From positions 1 to 64,000 of the forward strand of contig BTUM01000012.1 in the NCBI GenBank assembly GCA_045863235.1: a stretch of DNA of 64,000 bases, given 5' to 3'. Shown here piece after piece: positions 57,162 through 64,000 of this stretch. Each line of letters begins with the position of its first letter. Position 1 is the first letter of the stretch. Source of the DNA: Candidatus Xenobia bacterium. Its GTDB lineage: Bacteria; Vulcanimicrobiota; Xenobia; Xenobiales; QWHO01. The position numbers and the translations under genes are program-made. The notes beneath the pieces were generated by a model that worked only from the letters and a program-made list of their open reading frames with translations, was not told where the DNA came from and did no database searches.

Positions 57162-58163
57162 TCAGGAGCGAGGGGAGGGCCGGGGACGCTGAGGACTGGC
57201 TGTCTGGGACTGGGTGGGGGAAGGGGTGGGCGTGGGCACCCGCACCGGGGTTACCTCCACTTCGACGATGTCGTCGGAGACCAGCACCACCCCCTCGGGC
57301 ACGGTCAGCGCCACGCTGCGCCGGGTGACTTCCGAGACCTCTCCGAAGTCAATGACGGCAGTGGGGACATGATCAGGCTTGCGTACCCCCGGCCCGGTGC
57401 GCACCGAGACAAACTGAGGGATGACGTGAATCGAGTAGCGGACACCCGGCTTCTGGTCCACCCGCACGTTGGCCACCGAGACCGGCACTCCCACGCTGGC
57501 CGAGATCGACTGCAGCTCGACCGAGGCCAGCACCTTGTGGGTCCCGGTCACCGAGACCCTGGGCACCAGGCGACCATTCTCATCCACCGGAATGAGGTCG
57601 CGCACGTTCATGGTGAAGCTCTGCTGCTCGGCTGCGAGCACGATCTCGCCGCGCACCCGGTGCACGTCCTTGACGGCCGACTCGGGGCCGGTCACCTTGA
57701 CGGTAGCCGGATCCACGGCCACGTTGCCCACCACCATTCCGCTGGCAGGCTTCCCGTTCAAGACGATCTCGACGGGCACCATGCGGCTGTCCTTGCGGCT
57801 GAGCGAAAGGGTGATCTGGGCCGGCTCGGTGGCGATCAGCTCCACCCCGCCGGGAGGGATGACGCGCACCTGGCGAGGGTAGAGCCCGGGGCTCAACCCG
57901 GTGACATCCACTCGGGCCCGCACGAAGTTCTCGGGCATCTGATCGAGATCGCGGGCCTCGCCCCGAATGGTGACCCGCACGTTGCTGGGCTTGTTGTCCA
58001 CCTCGATGTCCGGGCCCAGGCCATCCACCTCGAGAGGCACCGCCAGGGTCAACTGCATGCGCACCGAGCCGGGGCCCTGCGAGATCTTGACGAACGACCA
58101 CAAGACGACGGAAACCACGATGGCCAGAATCTTCAAGGTCGTGTTCTCGCGAAAGAAGCGCAT
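57162..58163 (-). CDS. cdaR: CdaR / YbbR-repeat regulator of diadenylate cyclase
   Basis: N-terminal LKILAIVVSVVLWSFV TM, repeats with P..V.V.G; follows cdaA. Confidence 0.88.
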   Translation of the reverse strand: MRFFRENTTLKILAIVVSVVLWSFVKISQGPGSVRMQLTLAVPLEVDGLGPDIEVDNKPSNVRVTIRGEARDLDQMPENFVRARVDVTGLSPGLYPRQVRVIPPGGVELIATEPAQITLSLSRKDSRMVPVEIVLNGKPASGMVVGNVAVDPATVKVTGPESAVKDVHRVRGEIVLAAEQQSFTMNVRDLIPVDENGRLVPRVSVTGTHKVLASVELQSISASVGVPVSVANVRVDQKPGVRYSIHVIPQFVSVRTGPGVRKPDHVPTAVIDFGEVSEVTRRSVALTVPEGVVLVSDDIVEVEVTPVRVPTPTPSPTQSQTASPQRPRPSPRS

Positions 58164-58176
58164 GGCCGAACCTGGC

Positions 58177-59010
58177 TCAACCATTGGGTTGCTTCCCCAG
58201 CAATTGACGGATATTCACCTTGGTGGTCTCGGGAATATTCAGAAGGTGGCGGGCCAGGGCTTTCCGGACGTCGGCCTCTTCAGTCATGGCGCGGCCCAAC
58301 TCGCGATCATGGGCGATGCGCGCCTCGCCGGTCTCTTCCGACACCACCAGGACCACGGCATCGGTTTGCTCGGCGATGCCCAGGGCGGCCCGATGCCGGG
58401 TGCCGAACTTGGGGTTGACGGCGGCGTCCGAGAGGGGAAGGTAGCACTGGGCAGCCACGATGTCGGAGCCGCGCAGGATGACCGCCCCGTCGTGCAGCGG
58501 AGAGGCGGGATTGAAAATGCTCTGCAACAGCTTGGAGGAGACCCGTCCGTTGATGGCCTGACCATTCTCGATGAACTCTTGCAGGCCGGTCTCGCGCTCG
58601 AGCACGATCAGGGCGCCGTGACGCAACTGGCCCAGAGCCGAGGCGGCGTAGGCCAGCTCATCGATCAGCTTGCCCAGCTCTTCCTTGCCCATCTTGTTGA
58701 GGGCCGAGCTGGGCAGGATGCCCTGCTGACCAAGCCGCATGAGCGCACGGCGCAACTCGGGCTGGAAGATGACCGGAAGGGCCACCGCCACCGAGACCAG
58801 GAAGCCCTGCAGCAGCCAGATGGTGGTGGGAAGCCGGGCCGTGTGAGCGATCAAGAGCAGAGCCAGCAGGAACAGCACGCCCTGCATGATCTGCACCCCC
58901 CGAGTGCCTTTGAGGGCCAGCAGCAGATAGTAGAGCCCCACGGAAACAAAGGCGATGTCGAGGAAGTCGCGCCATCCGAACTGACTGACGAATTGTACCA
59001 GGATACCCAA
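58177..59010 (-). CDS. cdaA: Diadenylate cyclase CdaA/DacA
   Basis: 3 TMs, FQPELRRAL, PLHDGAVI, GTRHRAALG, VSEETG; start approximate (TTG 59010). Confidence 0.95.
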   Translation of the reverse strand: MGILVQFVSQFGWRDFLDIAFVSVGLYYLLLALKGTRGVQIMQGVLFLLALLLIAHTARLPTTIWLLQGFLVSVAVALPVIFQPELRRALMRLGQQGILPSSALNKMGKEELGKLIDELAYAASALGQLRHGALIVLERETGLQEFIENGQAINGRVSSKLLQSIFNPASPLHDGAVILRGSDIVAAQCYLPLSDAAVNPKFGTRHRAALGIAEQTDAVVLVVSEETGEARIAHDRELGRAMTEEADVRKALARHLLNIPETTKVNIRQLLGKQPNG

Positions 59011-59271
59011 GAGGTCCAGCTCCCGCCTGAGAACACAAGGCCCCGCGTTTGCTTGCAAAATTCAACCGACCGGCAGAGATAACCTTTCTGATTCAAAGAA
59101 AGAACCCCGGCCCATTGGACCGAGGCTCTTCGAAAAGGACAGGATTCCCAAACTTTTCCGCCAGACTGCTGTAGCACGTGCCCTGGGCAGCTTTAGGTTG
59201 CTTTGGTACTCCTCCACACCGGCTTCGCCGCCGCTCCTGGCGACGGCTTAGTTAACCATCGAACGCTTCTT

Positions 59272-59694
59272 TTAGCTCGCGTTCGACACCAGTCGCAGAG
59301 AGTCGTTGTGCGACTCGGCCACGACGTGGTTGAAGGAACCGAAGGGCGTTGGCACGCCCCGCTCCACCACCGTGGTGCTCATCGTTTTCGAGCCGAAGGC
59401 TTCGGCCAGATACTGACATGCGCGCCGCGGATCGGTGTGGTCTCCACAAGTGTACACATCGATCGCCGCGTAGCCATGTTCAGGCCACGTGTGAATCGCG
59501 ATGTGCGACTCGGAGAGCACCACAACCCCACTTACCCCGTGGGGGTAGAACTTGTGGAAGGCCACCTCGCGCACCGTTGCGCGGGCCTCCTTGGCTGCCC
59601 GGATCATGGCTTCCTGGACTTTTTCAAGGTCCGAGAGCACGCCCGGGTGGCAATGGGAGAGCTCTGCAATAACGTGATTACCGAGAGCTTTCAC
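59272..59694 (-). CDS. speD: S-adenosylmethionine decarboxylase proenzyme
   Basis: LGNHVIAEL, FHKFYPHGVSG, LSESHIAIHTWPE, DVYTCG; an in-frame upstream ATG exists at 59955. Confidence 0.92.
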   Translation of the reverse strand: MKALGNHVIAELSHCHPGVLSDLEKVQEAMIRAAKEARATVREVAFHKFYPHGVSGVVVLSESHIAIHTWPEHGYAAIDVYTCGDHTDPRRACQYLAEAFGSKTMSTTVVERGVPTPFGSFNHVVAESHNDSLRLVSNAS

Positions 59695-60124
59695 TCCTAC
59701 CACCTCACTTTTCTGCTCGGGAGATCCCACCTCCAAGATGTCTCGATTTGAGAATCGGCCGGGAGCCGATAGCGCTATATTAGGGCTTGGGACCCCAAAT
59801 GTAAAGAGGGGCACAAAGCTACCAACAAGCGTTTCGACGAGAATCCATGCGGGTTTGAGCAAAGGGGGGCATAACGGTCCGAACAGGGGTTCCATGGGGG
59901 GGCCAATGGGGCTTCTCAAGCCCCATGCGGGTTCCATCGTTGAACTTAATTCCATACCGCTGCGCCTCCTGTTGCCAGGCCGCATGCTCGCAGATCCTCC
60001 TGAAATTTCTCTGACAGAATTGGAGGCCAAAGTGAAGACGAGTCTGCCAGCCTGCACTGGCGCAACAGAGTGTGGGCTCGTCGCCAGGAACCTGGCCCGT
60101 CCGATGCGAAAGCGCCTCCACGCC

Positions 60125-61117
60125 ATGGAACGATTCGGGTCATATCGTCCGAGCCAGCTTCGCATCGGAGTGATCTCCGGCAAAGAGGCCTTCTCTCGGA
60201 CCCTCATCGCCGAGATCAATCGGCGCGGTCCCGAGGTCCACGCCGAGTACTGCCGCCTGTTCGAGACCCGCCTGGGTCAACCCAGCGGCTACCACGTCAT
60301 CATCGATCGACTCTCGCACGTGCTCGAGTACTACCGCCCCTACCTCAAGCACGCGGCCGTGACCGGAAGCTACATCATGAACAACCCGTTCCGGTTCCTG
60401 TCGGATGACAAGTTCTTCAACTACGCCGTGGCCACCTCACTGGGCGTGGCCATCCCCCGCACGGTGGTCTTGCCCAGCAAGGAGTATGACGAGCGGGTGC
60501 TCGAAACCGATGACCTGCACAACCTGGGCTTCCCCCTCGACTGGAAGGCCATCACCGGCTACATCGGGTTCCCGGCCGTGCTCAAACCTTACGACGGCTA
60601 CGGCTGGCGCGAGGTCTACACGGTCGAGACCCTGGAAGAGCTGATGAAGATCTATGACGACTCCATGCAAGACGTCATGATGCTCCAGGAGTTCATCGAC
60701 TGGGACCACTACGTGCGTGCCTTCGTGGTGGGCAAGCGGCACGTGATGCCCAGTCGCTACGATCCCCACGAGCGGCGCTACATCGTCGACCACGCCCACC
60801 TGAGCCCCGAGTTGGGCAGGCGCATCATCGACGACTGCATCAAGCTCAACGAGGCCCTCGGCTACGACATCAACACGGTCGAGTTCGCCATCAAGGACGG
60901 CGTGCCGTATGCCATCGACTTCATGAACCCGGTGCCCGACGCCAAGCCCGAGACGGTCACCCCGCTCTACTTCACCTGGCTGGTCAAGACGGTGGCCGAC
61001 GTGGCCATCGAGTATGCCCGTCAGGGAGCTCGCACCCCCTACCAGTTCCAGAGTGGGCCAGTCGCTCCCACCTTCATGCCGCCCCGGCTGCGTCTGCCTT
61101 CTTACCTGCCGGAGTAG
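60125..61117 (+). CDS. ATP-grasp (RimK-like) ligase
   Basis: DDKFFNY, IPRTVVLP, FPAVLKPYDG, MLQEFI, NTVEFA, AIDFMNP. Confidence 0.82.
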   Translation: MERFGSYRPSQLRIGVISGKEAFSRTLIAEINRRGPEVHAEYCRLFETRLGQPSGYHVIIDRLSHVLEYYRPYLKHAAVTGSYIMNNPFRFLSDDKFFNYAVATSLGVAIPRTVVLPSKEYDERVLETDDLHNLGFPLDWKAITGYIGFPAVLKPYDGYGWREVYTVETLEELMKIYDDSMQDVMMLQEFIDWDHYVRAFVVGKRHVMPSRYDPHERRYIVDHAHLSPELGRRIIDDCIKLNEALGYDINTVEFAIKDGVPYAIDFMNPVPDAKPETVTPLYFTWLVKTVADVAIEYARQGARTPYQFQSGPVAPTFMPPRLRLPSYLPE

Positions 61118-63461
61118 GGCTGGGCTTTTTCCAGCGCAAGAAGGCGTAACTGCGGGGCGGAAGGGTCAGCTCGATGCGGCCCTCCTGTATGGTGGCTTTC
61201 TGGTCGCCCACCATGTCCTGCAGCTGCGTGCCCTCGGGAATCTGGCTCTGATCGTGCAGCTTGAAGCTCAGCTCGCGCGACTCGCTCTGGTGGTTGTTGA
61301 AGACGCACACCACCTCTTCGTCGGCACGCATCCGGCTCAGAGCATAGGTGTGCCGGCTGGCCAGAAGCTCGACCTGGTGTCCGAATTGGAGCGCCTCCGA
61401 GGAGCGCCGAGCCCCGGTCAACTCGGCAAAGCGCTTGGTCCACTGCGGGTTCTGGCCCCAGGCCATGTCGTTGCGATTCTCCGGCCCTACCCCGGTCATG
61501 CCGACCTCGGTGCCATAGTACACGTGGGGCGTGCCTCGAGCGGCCATCAGGAAGGCGGTGGCCATCTCGAGCTTGCCCAGATCGCCCTGGCAGTCGGACA
61601 TGAAGCGGATCATGTCGTGGTTGTCGAGCATGGTGCCAAGCTTGTTGGGATTGTCGTAATAAAGGTCGGCGTCGAAGGCCTTGGAGAGGTGCTCCATACT
61701 CTCCAAGCCCGGGTGGGTCAACAGCCGCAGAGCTTCCTGATTGGCGTGGCTCTTGACTGTCTTGAAGTCCTCCAGGCGCTCCTTGAGAGTGCGCTCCTCG
61801 TCCCCCGAGAAAACGTAGCGGATGCGATAGGCCAGCGGGAAGTCGAACATCGAGTCCATGGTTCGGTTCTGGTAGCCGGCCACGAAGTTGGGGTCTTGCC
61901 AGTAGGCCTCCCCGACCGCGAAGAAATCGGGATTGACGGAACGCATCTCCTGGTCGAAGCGGCGCAGGTACTCCTCGGGAACGTGGCGTACGGCGTCCAT
62001 GCGGAAGGCGGAAAGACCCGTCTCCTGGAGCCATTCCTTGTGAGCGGACAAAAGCTCTTCGGCCACTTCGGGATGAGCCTGGTGCAGGTCAGGCAGCCCG
62101 GCCAGCGACCCGTTCTCGGCCTTCCATTGCCCGGGGCCGCCAATCTTGCCGTTTTGATGGAACCAGTCGCGCTTGGAGGGGTCGTTGACCCACTCGTGGT
62201 CGTAGGCGGTGTGGTTGACCACCACGTCCAGCATCACCTTGATGTTCTTCTCGCGAGCTTTGTCGCACAGCTCCTTGAGCTTGGCCTTGTCTCCGAAGTT
62301 GGGCTCGGCCGCGCGAAAGTCGCGGGGCCAGTAGCCGTGGAAGCCATCCTTGCCGAAGAAGTCTCGCTGGTTCTCATACGGACATGAAACCCAGAGGCAG
62401 TCCACGTTGAGGCTCTGCAGATAGTCGAGCTTGTCGATCAGCCCCTGCCAGTCGCCCCCGTGAAAGCGCTCCGGGTCGCCCGCAACCACGCCCTGGTCGT
62501 TCGTCTTGTCGCCGTTCTGAAAGCGATCGGTGACGGCGTAGTAGACCAGCTTGCCCTCCCAGCGAAAGACCTGGTCGCGCCCTCCCTCCGAGGAAAGACG
62601 GCTGTGGACGCGCGTCTCGCCATCCCTGGCGGTGAGCGCCTCCAGGCGCAGCGGCTGGCCGTCCTGCCAGCCCAGCTCGCGCAGCACCTTCTTGTCCAGG
62701 TCCAGGTTGACGCGGCTGAACACGCTGGAGTGCTCGGCCTTGCCGGCGGTTGGGAGCGCGCCCTCTTGTCCATCGCAAAAGTGGAGGGTGCGATTGGTGT
62801 CAATCTTGACGGCCAGCTTGTAGCTGCCTTCCCCCTGCCAGCCGAAGGGCAGGGCGCGCTGCCCGGCCGGGGCGCCCCAATCCACCAGCACGGTGGTGTC
62901 CAGGTTGCCGTGCTCGGCTCCGGCCCGCAGGTAGGCCACCTCGGCCTGCACCTGGTAGGGCTGGTCGGCGGCTCCCTCGCGGGCATACAGCCCGGCCAGC
63001 GAGCGGGAGCTGTCGTAGCCGTCGTAAAGGCGTTCCTGCCGACCGGGGCTGCGGGCCGCCAGCAGGTGCTCGCCGCCCAGCGGGGTGGGGCGCTCCTCGA
63101 GCACGGCCTGATCGATCTTGTGCAGCATGGAGTTCCAGCGGCTGGTGAACCTGTTGCTGGCCTCGCGAGAGAGGGCCTTCAGATCGTGGATGGGCCCGGG
63201 CCAGTTGTAGCCGCCATAGCCCCCCACCAGGGCGCCCAGGGCCGCCCCGGCCGTTCCCCCGATGGCGGGGGGAATTCCCAGCGCGGCGGTGGACAGCCCC
63301 AACGCCGCCCCCACCCCGGCGCCCAGGGCCACTCCGACAGCGCCGCGAGTCCGACGCAGGCTCACCTGATCGGGGCTGGGCTCGGTGTTGGGGATCGGGG
63401 CTCGAGGCGGGCTCGAGCTCGCCGCCAGAGGCCGGAACGCCATGGTGCTCTGAACCTGCAT
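61074..63461 (-). CDS. GH13 alpha-amylase-like hydrolase with N-terminal extension, glycine zipper and accessory domain
   Basis: TDRFQNGD, HGGDWQG, GFHGYW, DVVVNH, AFRMDAVRH, GEAY, LDNHD; GAVGVALGAGVGAALG segment near the N-terminus. Confidence 0.92.
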   Translation of the reverse strand: MQVQSTMAFRPLAASSSPPRAPIPNTEPSPDQVSLRRTRGAVGVALGAGVGAALGLSTAALGIPPAIGGTAGAALGALVGGYGGYNWPGPIHDLKALSREASNRFTSRWNSMLHKIDQAVLEERPTPLGGEHLLAARSPGRQERLYDGYDSSRSLAGLYAREGAADQPYQVQAEVAYLRAGAEHGNLDTTVLVDWGAPAGQRALPFGWQGEGSYKLAVKIDTNRTLHFCDGQEGALPTAGKAEHSSVFSRVNLDLDKKVLRELGWQDGQPLRLEALTARDGETRVHSRLSSEGGRDQVFRWEGKLVYYAVTDRFQNGDKTNDQGVVAGDPERFHGGDWQGLIDKLDYLQSLNVDCLWVSCPYENQRDFFGKDGFHGYWPRDFRAAEPNFGDKAKLKELCDKAREKNIKVMLDVVVNHTAYDHEWVNDPSKRDWFHQNGKIGGPGQWKAENGSLAGLPDLHQAHPEVAEELLSAHKEWLQETGLSAFRMDAVRHVPEEYLRRFDQEMRSVNPDFFAVGEAYWQDPNFVAGYQNRTMDSMFDFPLAYRIRYVFSGDEERTLKERLEDFKTVKSHANQEALRLLTHPGLESMEHLSKAFDADLYYDNPNKLGTMLDNHDMIRFMSDCQGDLGKLEMATAFLMAARGTPHVYYGTEVGMTGVGPENRNDMAWGQNPQWTKRFAELTGARRSSEALQFGHQVELLASRHTYALSRMRADEEVVCVFNNHQSESRELSFKLHDQSQIPEGTQLQDMVGDQKATIQEGRIELTLPPRSYAFLRWKKPSPTPAGKKADAAGAA

Positions 63462-63469
63462 CGTCCGGA

Positions 63470-63503
63470 ACTTTATGCTGTCCCCCTGAAAAGGCTCTGA
63501 AAG
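63470..63503 (-). promoter_or_regulatory. Heptamer direct-repeat promoter CTTTCAG-N4-TTTTCAG-N10-TAAAGT, 8 nt before ATG
   Basis: Read directly; best match to the consensus. Confidence 0.72.
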
Positions 63504-63525
63504 CCGGTCAGTCGAACAGGCCGGC

Positions 63526-64000
63526 GTGGACTACCGCAAGCGCAGCCGCAGCCTGCACCTGGCCCTGGTGCTACGCCAGAACAGCACCATCATCTCGCTC
63601 CTGGTGGCCTGGTTCGCGGTCAACTTCGTGATCTTGCTGCTGCTCGGGCACACCTTTGCCGACACCGTGATGATCCTGACCTTCTTCAAGGACGACAGCA
63701 CGGCCTGGGGTACGTGGTACCAGAACATGTCCGATTTCGTGGTGTTCGGCCTGGTGGTGGGGGTGGTCATGGTGGACGTGCAGCGCCGCTACCGCCCCGA
63801 GGTGACCTGCCGCATCCTGGCCGGCGAGCTCACCAACCACGCGGTGATCATCAGCTTCTCGCACCTGGGCCAGCGGGTGCTCGAGTTTCTCGACCAGCAT
63901 CATGTGCCGGCCGTGGTGATCGAGCCCGACCGGGCCCTGGTCGAGGACCTGATCCGCCAGGAGCGGCCGCTGGTGCTGGGCAACGGCCGCCAGCGCACCG
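63526..64000 (+). CDS. Membrane protein with TrkA-N/RCK-like domain (truncated by window end)
   Basis: Open frame from GTG 63526: TM segments then NHAVIISFSHLGQRV...VVIEPD...LVLGNG. Confidence 0.7.
   Translation, partial: MDYRKRSRSLHLALVLRQNSTIISLLVAWFAVNFVILLLLGHTFADTVMILTFFKDDSTAWGTWYQNMSDFVVFGLVVGVVMVDVQRRYRPEVTCRILAGELTNHAVIISFSHLGQRVLEFLDQHHVPAVVIEPDRALVEDLIRQERPLVLGNGRQRT

Overview
GC-rich bacterial chromosomal window with about 60 densely packed CDS. I found no rRNA, tRNA, CRISPR array, integrase or transposase. Gene content and style suggest a Terrabacteria-group organism such as Vulcanimicrobiota/Eremiobacterota (inference only). Recognisable modules: nurA-herA-[inserted gene]-sbcD-sbcC DNA end resection; cdaA-cdaR plus a c-di-AMP (ydaO) riboswitch in front of a YbdK-type ligase; an ECF sigma / zinc anti-sigma locus; an atypical GrpE/Hsp70 operon; lhgO, grxC, an orphan dam, pepT, rraA and speD. 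The most striking unexplained signal is a dispersed putative regulon. Five unlinked genes (two GH13 glucan hydrolases, a pentein-fold deiminase-like enzyme and two hypothetical proteins) share the promoter geometry TTTTCAG-N10-TAnnnT-N6..10-ATG, four of them with a second CTTTCAG-like heptamer 4 nt upstream. None has a Shine-Dalgarno sequence or a Sec signal. These and several other hydrolases begin with low-complexity N-terminal extensions, which suggests a co-regulated, non-Sec-exported effector repertoire. Also noted: a candidate ~270-nt structured RNA before an ECF S-component, a thrice-repeated structured intergenic element, a shared ECF-type promoter, and unannotated small ORFs. All assignments come from reading motifs by eye; no searches were run.
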